Shown here: positions 13,346-26,199 of the stretch, piece by piece | How positions within the stretch are numbered: position 1 is the stretch's first letter | Layout: every line of letters starts with the position of its first letter | Assembly: GCA_964187785.1 (NCBI GenBank) | Contig: OZ076409.1 | Span: forward strand, 31,620,001-31,684,000 | DNA length: 64,000 nucleotides | Direction of reading: 5' to 3' | DNA from: Amphiscolops sp. MND2022 | Taxonomy: Eukaryota | The notes under the pieces: model-generated | The model's input: only the letters and a program-made list of their open reading frames with translations | Told to the model about the DNA's origin: nothing | Databases searched by the model: none | Position numbers and translations under genes: made by a program

Positions 13346-14529
13346 TCTTCAAATAATCTAAACATGAGGAACCGTTCCATTGTCTTATAGAACTCTTCAG
13401 AATCATGCCATCAAAAAGTCTTTCAACTATTCGCAGTACTGTTTCTAGGAAACTGTTTAGGCTTGAATGATGCTTCTTCCTAATTGAAAATGCCAAGAAG
13501 CCGAAAGAGGAGACCTTCTGGTGGAAATGTTGAAGTGTCGAAATTTCTCATTGAATGCTATTCTGATGCCGTTTTCATGAAAAGTTAAAAATCTCATGCT
13601 GTAGAAAAATTCATAACGTTGACCCCTTGGACGTTAAAGTGGTTTTTATTATTTCTGCGATAGCAGGAATATTTTTGAAATCTCAAGATGTCTACTTTTT
13701 TTCAGTAAAATTTTTGTCGTGATACTGAATAATCAGATATTTAACTAAGGCGGAAGTTCGAAAACAGGAGTTTTGCATGAAAACGTCTCAACGCATATTT
13801 TAAAGGCAGATATAGTGCCGACTTTAGACGTTCCCATGTCTTCTCAATATATTTGTTTTACTCTTGTTTTACTTTGGACTTTCGTTTTTCACGGAGGCGA
13901 GTTGTCAGTGTTGGAGAAATATTGCCGTTGCTTTTTTCAGTGGCAGGTTTTCAGAAAACGCAGACTGTAGTGGCTTCTATGAACTGTTCCCCTTTCTCCG
14001 CTTGTCCTATTGGTTAGCGTTTGTCGCTTAACGACAAGTTCGTTGTTTCGTAATTTCGTTAATTCTCTTTTTTTACGTTCATGAGGTTTTGTGTGTTCTG
14101 AGACTGACCGACGTTTTCATTTTCAACGAACTCATTCCACCAGAGACTACCCTTACAATTAAAGAGTTTTCTGTAATTTCAGATAGGAAAACGAATTGTT
14201 CCATTCACGAGGGTTTCTTTTGTTTTTTTTTTATAGTACGAGTTTTCTCTCGCGATGTGTTCTTCAGCATATTTAAAAGACATTGCCTTATCTTAGTCTT
14301 GCGCCTACTTGGGTTGTTCCCTGCTTGTTTTCTCCAGTTGTTACTGTAGTGGCCACTTTATTATTGGTTTTGTGAATTTTACTGGAATGTCGCAGATGTT
14401 AGGCCTAACGGTCTAGTGATTGGAGCGTTAACCCTTGAAGCAGAAGAGTTGGGTTTAAGTTTTCCCTTTTCGAGTAGATTTCAAGAAAGTTTTTTTTCGG
14501 ACATAGCTTCTGCAAAAGCAGCTGCGAAG

Positions 14530-15310
14530 TTGTTGCTGCATCATACGCCTTGTTGTTGCAGGGAACAGCTTCTGCAAATGATCGATGATAACCAGGATAC
14601 CCGTGTCACGATTGTCAGATGGACAGATTTTAATGTGATCGTACTGTACCAACTCGTTAAAGTACCCACTCTGGATGTTTTTCGAATGAAATCGTAGGTC
14701 ACCGGGTTTATCACGCACTTGTTGGCAAGTCAGGCATTGACTGATGTACTGTCCGATGCTCTCGCGGTTACCTGGCCATGTGTGACGCTCTTCAATCGTT
14801 GCCAGCACCTTGACAATGCCTTGATGAATCGATTCTGTGCAAGTAGTAGGTCTTTCAAACCGTGGACCGTCTTGGAATGCTCGTGAAGTTCCATACTCAC
14901 ACTGTTGATGGCAAAGGTCATCTGTTTCACATATTTCGGAGCTGTGTTAAGTGCTTGTTTTTCGGCACCATTTAGAGGATGTGTGGTTCTGGACGGCACA
15001 TTAGCTATATGCGTTGGCAGCAAAGTCTTGTCTGCATTCTTCGGGTAGTTCAATCCAATCCTCAGGGAGGGTCTTGAGATTAGGGATCCATAATTGGCTG
15101 TTAATGCCCTTTCCCTAGTACTGACAGGGTTTGTTTTTCTCGCGCCACCAGCTACATTGGACAAAACGAGCTTCGCCCCTATCCGAAGCTCTGTGCTGTG
15201 CCTCTGAAAATGCGAAAAGACAGCCTCGATTTCAGTGTACCCATATCCGAGTCCAACATCCACGAAGTTGCGTATATATCCATATGCATTCTGGAAGGTT
15301 GCGTACATTG
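14530..15310 (-). mobile_element. Ty3/Gypsy LTR-retrotransposon remnant: integrase N-terminus plus an upstream unassigned coding fragment
   Basis: HQGIVKVLATIEERHTWPG...SQCLTCQQVRDKPG...FNELVQYDH...GILVIIDH = HHCC zinc finger plus start of the DDE core. The 14860-15310 part has a diverged copy at ~17060-17235. Confidence 0.75.
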
Positions 15311-17059
15311 CAATCGCAAACTTTTAGACGTCAGATAATTGTCCAAGTTACTGTCGCCTGGCTCTGTTTTGCCAGCTTAAGTCAACTGGTCTGTATAACG
15401 ACAAACGGCTTAGAAGGCATTTTAGTGGTACCGTTATTTCTGCGATAGCAGTAATATTATCGAAACCTCAAATTGTCAACTTTTTTTACAGTAAAATTCT
15501 CGTCGTAATACTGAAAATTTCAGATTTGTTCGGCAGTGACTGTAAGCGTGAGAATTAAATTTGTCAAGCTTCCGACGACAATTCAATACTCGAGCGAGAA
15601 TGGTATTCCAGATACGAATCGATCAATAATGAAAGATTAAAGCAGAAATAATAGTGTACCCTGGAGATCGCTTTTTTCATGGAAGCAGTTCTTAACTAAG
15701 ACAATTTTCACACTTTTGTCCCGCTGAAAACAACAAACGTTCTAGAATCTTATATTGGGCATAAGCCGAGTTTCTAAATTCTGTTTTGTAGAAATCAAGT
15801 ATCGATTGTAGCGCCTTCCTTATAATAAAATAACAGTTGAATGCTCGAAGTCGTTTTGTCGATCGCTTGATTCAGTTGCAGTGGTTGGTTCATACATACT
15901 AAACCATGTATTGAGCATTTGAACGAGATACCTATTAAGTTTGATATAAAATATCACTGTATCCTTGAAAGGTGCATCGCTCTTTTCTAGTTCCAACGTA
16001 TAGAGCCTTTTCATCATCGGTGCGGGCAGTCACCCAATGACCTGTCTGTCTAGTTCCCAAACGCTTTTGAAATTGCACCCCTATCGTTTTTCGAGTCATC
16101 GTGCTTTTCGTTTTCTTCCCTTCTAAAACGAGAGCTCTGCTGAAGAAAAATGATCCCGTTTTCATGATGTATTCTGAGTACAAAACTGTGAGAAGTCGGG
16201 CCTTTGTCAATTGCCCATCGGGCAAAACTTGCGGAAGTTTATTTTAAGAACGTTTCTGCGTTAGTGCACTGTGGGAGGTACAGGAGATGGTTCATACTAT
16301 ACTATACGATTATACAATATTATACTAGAGAGGCTACTCTTGACAAAACTCGTCGAGCGATCGAATACTGGAGTCCTCTTATGTACTCTTCCATTGAATT
16401 GACTTTTGTGGGAGTTAGAGTATTTCCAAAAAATGGGAGAGACTTGTTGGTAATTCTTTGGTGTCTTTTCCGTAGACATTACTGTAGACTTTGGATTCTT
16501 CAATTGAGAACGAAAGCAGCCAATACTTACTCTGTTGTTGCGAAACACTGATGTATCGGTCCTCCGGAAAAGGAATGTCAACTGCAACAAAGTTAAAATT
16601 ATAAAGGCGATTTCTCTTATCACAGGTATCGTCTTTGAACGTTTCTTTGGGAGATGCCAACGGAATTTTCCTTGCTAAAAAAGTTTCTAGGCCTGCATAT
16701 TGCCGGTCCTGTTCTTTGCTCGAGGAATCAGAACTCTCTTCTAAATTTATCATTTTCCTTTCTGAACTTACTCTTATTACCACTGCTCCTGCTTCAAGAT
16801 GACAAAACGTTACGCTTTTCTTTTTTTTTGCTCAGGAGAAGTTATGCTTCAAAAGTTCTTGCTTTACCGATTCAGTTTCCAGATGCGAAATATTTTCTTT
16901 GCTTTGAAGTTTGTCGTCATTGGTTTGCCTACGTAAAGATTTGGAAAAAAATGACATACATTTAGGTTGGTATGTGAAAATTGACTTCAACCTTTCTGAT
17001 GTAGCATATTCCGGTTTGGGATCTCTGACACAGTACGGTCAATGAGAAATTATAATGTT

Positions 17060-17235
17060 CGAGCATGTCTTGAGATTAGGGATCCATAATTGTTTCTTAA
17101 CGCCCTTTCCCTAGTACTGACAAGGTTTATTTTCCTCGCGCCACCATCTACATTGGACAAAAGAGCTTCGCCCCTATCCGAAGCCCTGTGCTGTGCCTCA
17201 GAAAATGGGGATAGACTATTCGCCAGTTGAACTTC
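17060..17235 (-). repeat. Diverged copy of 15070-15215 (GARK.N.VSTRERAL..NYGSLIS segment)
   Basis: Direct nucleotide similarity (GTCTTGAGATTAGGGATCCATAATT...GAGCTTCGCCCCTATCCGAAG). Confidence 0.8.
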
Positions 17236-18079
17236 GATGTACATATTGCGGTGACTACAAAGGCAAGACTTCCAGGATATTTGACCAACACTGTTTTGGT
17301 GGTCATCTGTCGTGTTTTTTTTTCAAATTAGTCCTCCATTTGTTGAAGTTTTCCCATTTTCTTTAATGGGGGAATTGGTGACACCTCTATGAAATTCTGC
17401 AGCTTGCAACGTGGTGACGCCACCCGAATTTTTTTCCGACTGGCCCTCTCAATTTTTAATGGGCTGTGACATTAGTTATTTCTAAGAAACTTTATTCCGT
17501 TGCACACGGAGTTTTAGACTCGCCCTCTCAATAGCTACCAGGCTAACATCACTTGTTGCATACAAACTTGATTTGGTTGCACGCGGTCCTTACATCGATT
17601 CAAAGTGAATAAAATAATGTCAGAGAAAATTTTGTCGATACTCGTATCTGTCGAATTCTCGTGATTTGTAGTTTTCAAGTTTTCAAATGATGACCATTAT
17701 TCCATTATTTGGAGTCCCGTCCCAGTGCCTATCATAGGACAATAATAGCAGCTGACGTTCTGCAATTGGCACCTGAATTGTAGTTGATTCGAAAAATTTG
17801 AACAAAATGTCATTAGAATCTGTTAGTTCAGGTTATTCTACCCATCACTTAAAACCCTAATATGTTTTGCTCGTAACCCTGAATTTTTGGTGAACAGTGT
17901 ATCACTATGGAAATTTCAAATTTGTTTACTTTTGGTTCATGTTATTTCTCACACAGCAAGAACTCTCCGCGTAATCGTACTCTAATTTTTAGACAAATAA
18001 CTCATATAATGATTTCTAACAACCTTCTCCACGGTGGAAGAACATTCATTTTAATAAAGGTATTTCTTCAGATAATGAA

Positions 18080-18141
18080 ATGAACTCTTATTTTGGGCTG
18101 AGTCGAGCTGCACTGTCCTTTGAATACCTTCACACGAATTC
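18080..18141 (+). CDS. MORC2: MORC-family GHKL ATPase, coding exon 1 (MNSYFGLSRAALSFEYLHTNS)
   Basis: ATG at 18080. Translation matches the MORC1/2 N-terminus as I recall it (Y..L.RAQL.FEYLHTNS). Ends with TC|GTTAGT donor; phase 2 matches the next exon. A TTCTTCAG acceptor at 18071 suggests an upstream UTR or short coding exon. MORC2 vs MORC1 naming is not resolvable by eye. Confidence 0.9.
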
Positions 18142-18206
18142 GTTAGTATTTTACCCGCTATATTCTAGCAGTACACCAAATCCGTTACAGCTATTTTTCA
18201 TTTCAG

Positions 18207-18260
18207 GACGACTCACGAGTTTCTCTTTGGGGCTTTAGCTGAATTAATTGACAATTCAAA
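18207..18260 (+). CDS. MORC2: MORC exon 2 (TTHEFLFGALAELIDNS; GHKL N-box), 54 nt
   Basis: TTTCAG| acceptor, |GTAAGT donor, 65-nt upstream intron. Peptide nearly identical to the MORC motif TTHEFLFGALAELVDNA. Confidence 0.95.
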
Positions 18261-18659
18261 GTAAGTTATAATTATGCGTTCTCCCTACAGTGAGATTTTA
18301 TGCGAAAGCACCATCTTCACACTAGTTTTACACCACTAGGGATCCAGAAAATTGAAGACAGTGATATTTTTGTAGCTTTGATTTTTTTCTAGATTTCGAT
18401 TTTATCAAGTTTTTTTAATTTTTTCTCCCAGTTTGATCCAATACTGTTTCAATAACGAACGGTGTCAGGGCTACAAAAATGATCGAGGGGATTTTTCTTC
18501 TGACCAGTACTGTAGCTGAAACGTGTTTTGCGTTGAAGCTGCTAACTCTTGAAAAGTGCCTGTCAACAGCAAAATGTTTAGTGTGAGATGCGTAAACATT
18601 CTCAGAAAGCCCAGTTGCAACTTCTGAATGTTTCAAAACCATTGAAAAACACATACCCT

Positions 18660-19200
18660 CAAAATATAAGGTATTTGATTACTAATTTGCACCTGGATAG
18701 AAACAGACGGAGATTTCCCGAATTATGTCGATACCACGTACTGTTCATTATATCTTCCGTAATTACGGAGAAACTGGGTGCAGAACCCCACAAATGTACT
18801 CAATGCCGGTCGATGCTGCGACGGTTTTCACCTTCATGCCCCCATGTGATGGCCAATACCTGGGCAGATTGTCGCAAGTATCTAATACGTAAATTTCGGC
18901 GCCTGCCCCAGCTGAGAGGGCTGCAGGGACACACGAAGGGCGTCAAGAAAATTGATTTTTATCCAGACGTCACATGGAGAATCGATTGGATTTTTCCTGT
19001 CATTAAAAAACTTCCCTGACGAAATCCAAGATAGAAATATCTGGAAGGCGTGTGTAGTTTGTGAGACTACCTATGGTCGGAAGTAGAAAGACGCACCCAA
19101 ATAAATGACAAAAACGTGGCGAACAAACTCGTGGCACTTTGGGCATCTGGACACACGGTCTTTGTTCGTATCAATCGCAACTTGGACTGCGATCAATATC
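18660..19200 (+). mobile_element. Tc1/mariner-superfamily transposase remnant, internally deleted
   Basis: Frames give KQTEISRIMSIPRTVHYIFRNYGETG (N-terminal HTH), RR.L..RGL.G...KK and HMENRLDF..H (Tc1 H...RL.FA..H motif), and LWSEVERR...LVALW (C-terminus). TIRs not identified. Confidence 0.6.
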
Positions 19201-19849
19201 AAACTTCAATTTTCTTAAAAATTTGTTTTTAAATATCAGGCCTCCCAAAGTCAGGAAAACACCACATAATTAGGGCTGCAAGTAAATGCATGCGGAAAGA
19301 CCTTGTTCGGAGGAGAAAAATGCCGTTTGGAGTGTCTTTCTATCTTAACTTGATGCTACCTCACGATGTTTTGAATGTGAGCTTGGCAAGGTGTCGAGAT
19401 GTCAAGAAACGTACATGAGATTTAACTATGAATGTAATATCATCAGAAAACGTGCAATTAACCTCGAAACATGTTTGATTCCGAGTTTGGACTGTAGCCA
19501 CTCGATTAAAAGACTTTACACTCATTTGAAAATTGTTCATTAAAATCCAAATACTTGAAACATTGCAGTACATTCCATCTCCATTTCAGGGGAGATGGGA
19601 ATGTACTTGCTGAAGGCCAGGTACTATGACAAAATTGGTTTTATGCGACGCTTTTTTGCTATTGCGCTCTGCGACAACTATTCAGACTTTTTCTCTGCAC
19701 TCTTTTTCACGACAAATGATATACGTCTGTCCATACTTCAAACATCACCATCATTAACGTCCACGCCACATACACACATCGGCGCCCACCGTCTGTGGCC
19801 ATGCCGAGGCATGCCCTCGTCGACGTATACCAAAATTACGCTTTAGCGC

Positions 19850-21500
19850 GGTAGCTGTTAGGTATTTTGAGAGATTCCATGGCCTCAAACATGCTAGAGG
19901 AATTATTATTTCAAGTTAATGTTCCATGTCACATCCAAAGTGACTTTGGAAGCCATGGAAGTTTTCTGGAACATGGGCAATATCAAACGTGGAAGCCATT
20001 TTTTAACATTTCATGGATCTGCGGATGGTTTTCAATTCAATTTTCTCTCTCTACCTTTGGCAAACACAAATTACAAAATGGCCTTGAAGATTTTGATGAT
20101 TATTTTGACAACCAAAGACTCGTGTTAGCAATTTTCAATTTGAAATCACTCCAAGGTGAATCGGCATCAGAATTGCGGAAACGCATTGTCGCATTCGACG
20201 GGAATTTGGCGTCAATGCAGGGTCTTAAGGTGGACAAATTTTCAAGTGATTTTGTTTGGAGCCGTATTTTGACCAATAAGCTGGATTCGAATTCCAGACG
20301 ACAATTGGGAGTACATCATCCATGAAAAGACCTACACACATTGCAGCAGCAAGTAGATTTCGTCAATAGACGAGTTCGAGCGTTAAAAGTCTCGGATCCT
20401 CGTAGTTATCGAACAAAAAATGACAAGGTTAAAACAGGGCGCATTCCTCCAAAACAGAATTTCCAGAATCCAGTTTATCAAAACTACAAAAACACAGTTG
20501 AAAAATGCTGCGTATGTTCGACAGGTCACAAAATTGTCAATTGTGGCATTCATAGTTTTGGATTTCAACGCCAAGACGACTTTTGTTGTGAATTCGAAAG
20601 TGTTTCATTTGCCTCCAAGCATGGCATCTATTGAAGAATTCCAACTATAAAAGCACATGCAATGTCTGCAATGGCAAACAAAATTCATTACTTCACTACG
20701 AAAATGCTAATAATCGCAGTGAAAATACTGATACAGTCGTCGCCGGACAAGCTAATGCATTTGCCAACCGTGCTGTCTGTTGAAGACGACTCAAACCAGA
20801 TCACCAAATGCCGTGCTCTCTTGACTCACAGATGAGTCCCATGTATGAAGCAGTTTAACGCATGAAGTTGAAACGTCATAAACATTGACTTACTGTCAAC
20901 GGGATTGGAAGCGTTCAAAGGACCTACAACTCCGTAAGGGTTCAGTTAAGATGGAACGGAGGGAAACTGCTGGAAGACCAAGCTTTCATCCTTCCAAATC
21001 TCAGCCAGCATGCACCCATCAAATCTTTCAAATCTTCAAACTGGTTGCATATGAAGACAGTAGAACTGGCAGATATTAAGTTCAATGAGCGCAATCCAAT
21101 TAATTCTTGGAGCTGGCGTGTTCGAAAAATGTTCGATGGTTCGTTTAAAGAGGGGGTCTACACTTCCGTAACCCTGTTTTTGTATTGATTGCGTCGGGCA
21201 AACAACCCATCCAGGAATCAGCTAGTCTCATTACGTCACTCTGCCTCAACGGAAATTTCGTTTCGAAAGAGCTTTGGGAATTGGACTTATTCCCCAAAAC
21301 ATGCCTGTTCTCAAATGAAGAGCTTCCTTATGAAGAACATTTCCAGGAAACAACAAATCTAATAAAACCGGTTTGAAGCCTCAATGCTCTTCAAACCAGA
21401 CGCTAAACATTTGGAGGATACATATGTTCAGGACAGACGTCGCTTTCTGAGCTTAGAGAAACGTTTGGAATTGACGAGTTTTGGTACGATGATGGATATC
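19850..21500 (+). mobile_element. BEL/Pao LTR-retrotransposon fragment 1 (gag DUF1759-like, zinc knuckles, aspartic protease, start of RT region)
   Basis: ESASELRK...NKLDSNSRRQ; C..C...H..C; PTV.SV....KCRALL(D)SQMS; RRFLSLEKRL. Heavily frameshifted. Confidence 0.8.
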
Positions 21501-22799
21501 ATCGAAAAAAGTATCAAAGCCTTACTCATCTCAATAAAGCGCTGTTCTTGGACGAAATTATTTTTTTACTTTTGTGAAATAAACATTTTTGTATTTCAGT
21601 TTTCTCTTTTTTCTGTACTGATTTTTAGTGTTTCAATCAAAACCTTCAAAAAAGGAGAAAGTTTATTTATCCTACACCCTTTTTATCACTTTGATATTTA
21701 TATTTTCTGCATATTTTCATTCGAAAAATTGTGTCAATGATATCATAGTTGAATAGTTTATAGGTTGATGCGATGCCTTCGTCTACTTTTAGCGAACCTT
21801 TCTTCACACAATCCCAGGTTTGCTTCTTCCCACTAAAAAGTGAATCATAATCATCACAGTTTTATTCCAGGCTAATCATAGTAATATAATGGCATTCTTG
21901 CTATGATTACAGCTTGATAATAGTAAAATCATAGAGAAAATGATTTGCATGGTGCCATATTTTGTCTAGACAATGATCTGCCTTATGATAGATTTTTTCC
22001 CGAACTTGGCTCTGAATTGTCTCAGAGTATTTCCAGAGAATATTGCCAGTCTACACTTTTCTTGCAAGAAAACAAGTATCAATGCCGAAGGAAAACCCTT
22101 GTTTTCTGGACTTTGTACGGTTTTGTACTAAAGATTATCGGCTGTCGGCGAAATTATTGGAAAATTGAAAATTTGTTAGACTGCTTTGAAGCATTTCTGT
22201 GGGCGCGTTTTGAAGTAAGTTGTGTCTTGCTATGACTGACTGTTTTTTGGCCCAGTAGTTGTGTGTAGCGTGGAAATAAGAATTCGTGGGGCTCAAATCA
22301 TACTAAGGTTCTTTGGCAATTGCAAAAGGTAGACTAGGCCAAAATGTCCCCCTTCGGTTTTTGTTTTCGGTTACGAAGAAGCGTTTTCCAAGCTTGAAGA
22401 GTCCTAACTTTGATTTTTTGGCACGGCACTATGCGACTCTCAAACGATTTTTCTCAGAAATAAGGGTGTTTAATGTTAGTAGTAAGAGAATTCCCTCCTT
22501 AAATGAGGCCAAAATTGGAAACAACGAAAATAGGCCTTTTGATTTTTTTACTTTCATCTAATCCAAGGAATGAATTCTCTTACTACTCTGTGGTCATCAA
22601 AACAAACAATATTAGTAGTGAAAATAGTAGTGAAATTACCAAAGTAGTAGTGAAAGTTTTCCCAAAAAAACTTGAGATAGTCTCCACAGCAAAAAAGGTG
22701 TAACCGGGTACACCTTTTTATGCAAATTTTTCGAGATCCCAACCGGGCTTCTTTTTTATTTGGGAAAACTGCATTCAAGTTTCGCGTAAAAATTTAAAC

Positions 22800-23640
22800 A
22801 TAATTTCTAGATAAATGAAGAACAATGAACCTAAACAAATAATAAGGAATCTTCGCCCCAGTAATAAAAAAGTTTTGATCGCTTTAAAATAGCTCCCCAT
22901 TGCAAAGATGAATGTTGGAGTATTGATCTGATTGATCGCTCAAGTTTGAGCGAATACAACAAAAGCTACAAGTTTATTTTTACCATTATTGATAACTATA
23001 CAAAATATGCATGGGTATTTCCTCTTAAAGATAAAAAAGGAAAAAGTACAACACAAGCATTTAAGAAACTAATAAGTAAAAGAAAACCAGAAAAGGTTTG
23101 GTCGAATGGAGGTAAAGAGTTTTATAATAGTACATTCTTGGATTTTCCTAAAAAAATGAAATTCAAATTGACTCAACTCATTCAGATTTGGAAGCTGTTT
23201 TTGTTGAACGATTTAAAAGAATCCTGTTAGATCTAATAAAAGAACCAATGTATATTGTAGGAAAAGCTTGTTGGTTGAATCATCTTGATGCTGCTTTGGA
23301 AAAGTATAATAATCGTGTGCATACCACAACGCGTATGACACCTTTCGAAGCTAATGACAAACCAATACCTAATGTAATGTCTAGTAACAATAAATTGCCT
23401 AAATTTCAAGTGGGAGACTTTGTAAGAGTTCCTGATGAAAGGAACTATCATCCAAAAGGTTATACAACGAACTGGAATAGAGAACTTTCTAAAATGAATA
23501 AAACTAACACCACTAACCCCGTTACGTATGGTTTAGAAAACCAAGATGGAGAACTAATAGAAGGAAAGTCCTATGAACAAGAACTAAGAAGAGTATTCAA
23601 CTTTGAATCTAACCAGAAGGTATTAGAAAGTATGAACATT
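22800..23640 (+). pseudogene. Polinton retroviral-like (rve) integrase, frameshifted
   Basis: WSIDLIDR...IIDNYTKYAWVFPLKDK...KPEKVWS.GGKEFYN...VERF.R...KYNNRVHTT.RMTPFEA...KFQVGDFVR...KGYTTNW...EGK.YEQEL. Confidence 0.9.
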
Positions 23641-26199
23641 TTGCATTTTGTCGCATTTGGGTGTTTTTGGATATGTAGTTTCCAAGCCAGCAGCTTTGAT
23701 CGAACTGCAGAAGTGGAATATATAAAACTGTTTGAAATAGCATTTCAATAAGCTCGGCCACTGGTGAAACTGGAAGATTGGAGGAATTGGCGTAATCCGA
23801 CAGCCATTCCTTCTTGATTGCGAGTTTTTCCGGAGTAAGAGGTAGGTCGTTGTGAGGTGCATGCAAATGTGCTGGATATTCCAAGTCCCCCTCAACGAAA
23901 AAACCAACGGTCCCGAAAGAGTCAGTTTGTAGGATATCATCTAAAGACAAATCTTCTCTCCATTTGTAGTTACCGACAGGAAGAGGTTGCTGCATTGTTC
24001 CAGCATATAATGAAGTGACATCAAAAAATGCTCCGAACACTGAAGGCTGGGAGGGATCGAAATCTTGCATGTATTGATTGTTAGCTTTGAAGTGTCGCAT
24101 AGCGCCGGTTCCATTGATACCACCGCGGATAGCCCGCTCACAAAACAGTAACATGTCAATATCCGTCAAAATTTCACGCTCAACTTTGGTGGTGATCAGC
24201 ATCGCTTCCCAGCTCAAGTTGGGATCTGAAAAAAATTGAGCAGGATCTAGTTGATACTCTTTCACACCCACGTCACGGAAAGCCTGAAAGATGTCTGCGA
24301 GAAGATACACATCAAGGGTTAAATATAGGTCATGATAATCGCCAAAGTCTTTGCACTGCATCAAATTGAACATGTCTTTTGCTGTTTGGGACTGATCCTC
24401 GGTTATATCAATTTTACCAGTAAGACTATTTCTCCAAGCATCACCGTATGCTGGAAAAGGAACCCTAAAACCTTTCGAAGCTATTCAAGAAACTGTAGGG
24501 AAAATACCCTTTACCGCGAGTTTTTCGAAAGTCAGCATCGTTCAGATGCGAAAATTTCTTCCTTAAAAGTGTGAGCGATGAAGTCTCCATTGTTCTGGCC
24601 AAGCTGTCGAGAGATTGGGACATGAACTGATAACTGTCTGAGCAGCGAATTCCACTGTAAAGCGCAACAACTTTACCGTCCTTGCGTTTGTATTCAGACA
24701 CTTTGATGCGAAGACTATTAGAGATATAAATTTCGTCAGTACCAGAGATGGCTGAAAATTTTTCACCAGGGAGAACATTGATATTTTTCAAGATGTGGTG
24801 GGAATCATACCTGGAGAGATTGTCAAAGAACACAGGCAAGAAACGCTTGATCTGAGCCTTCAAATTACACATGGAATGAGCAATCCCAAAAATCATGCCC
24901 GATGAGTGGCAGTGATGAATCACCGGGTCATCTTGTATGACGCTTTTGCAAATACAACACTTTTCACCTCTAGTTGAGGCCAGGAATTACTCTTGTTGAG
25001 TTTTAGTGAGCACATCACTTAGAAATCTGTACCTTTGTCTCTCTGAGTCACACCAGGCATTCCACTTGCGAAGGCAGTTCATCAACTTTTCGATGCAATC
25101 TCCGCGGTAAAAAGGTTGATCGACAACTTTGTTGCTTTGAGAATCAACCAAAACAGCTCCATAGCTCGCAGGTAGCTGTTTCTCAATCAGAACAGTTTTG
25201 CTACCGCTCTGAATAAACATCGGAACATTGAGAGCTTCTAAATCTGCATAAACGACAAAAGGACACTTCTGAGTTTTTTCCCAGTTTGAGAAAGTCAGTT
25301 TCAGATGCTCACTGGGCATCACAATCCTCAAAGGTTGATTGTCATCACAAAGTCGAGTATGTTCCATGAATTTTTGCTTCCCAATAGACTGCATGCAGTC
25401 CACGCAAAACTTCGTTTTGGGACCCTTGGCAGCTCGTTTTGGAGATCTGCATACTTTATGCATGAAAGCTTGAAAATTAGTTATCAGACAATAGTGCGAA
25501 TTGAAGCCATCCAAAAGTAAATGCAAAAAAATCTTTGGATATTTCTCTTTGTTTTTTCTTCGATGACAACAGATGAGTCCTCCCTGCTCATCGAAATTGA
25601 ACACTTATGGAGAGAATATTGTCGCTTTCAAATCTTGCGATATCCTTAAGTTTCATAGGCATCATTGACTCGCTGAATATGAGACGATTAAATTTGTCAT
25701 GGTATTGAGAAGGCCTTTCGCGATTTTTGGACCGAGGAAAAAGGTACGCGAGAATACAATATATGAAGCAGAAATTGTCATACAAGTTGATATTAAGCAG
25801 ACATTTACGCATGCCCTCAAGTTTTGCTGGGGTTGGCAGGAAAGAAGTTCCAGCAAGTGATCTTGTATGACAATTTTTGATATCTAAAGATGAAAGCTGT
25901 TTAAGAATCCAACCTGAACCACCGGAGCAGAAGACGTTGAGTTGTCTCAAAACTTGGTCAATCAACTCATCAAGGTCTGCGTTGTTGATCGACTCAACAG
26001 CTCGCACCAAACGTGATGAGAAGTGGGGAGATATAGTTCCTTCGGTACATGGTTTTGATAATCCAACTTGCAAACACAGTTCAACGCGGTATATTCCTTG
26101 GTTGGTTATTTCCTGGTCAATCAAAAGTCCGATATTGGCTCGATTACTCCATATAAAGGCCAATGGATCAACACTTTCAGTTTGAACATCTAGTCGCAA
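23640..26199 (-). pseudogene. pPolB lineage B (terminal-protein region, exonuclease, endonuclease-VII-like insert, polymerase), C-terminally truncated
   Basis: GSGW...D..CF.Y.ILA; PFVVYADLE (ExoI); HHCHSSG...AHSMCNL (EndoVII-like); NL..YDSH; KG.FPY; YL.LDV.LLADIF; RGGI; DVTSLY (motif A). Ends at KNTQMRQNAK, before motif B. Confidence 0.9.

Noticed and set aside
12773-13496. Short ORFs within HINE-A copies (also 38577-38792, 47804-48199, 61126-62312)
   Set aside because: Spurious frames in low-complexity repeat DNA with no protein motifs.
13640-15530. ~95-bp direct repeats (13648-13740, 15433-15520) as LTRs of the Gypsy fragment
   Set aside because: Too short and diverged, no TG...CA ends, PBS or PPT identified; more likely a separate dispersed repeat.
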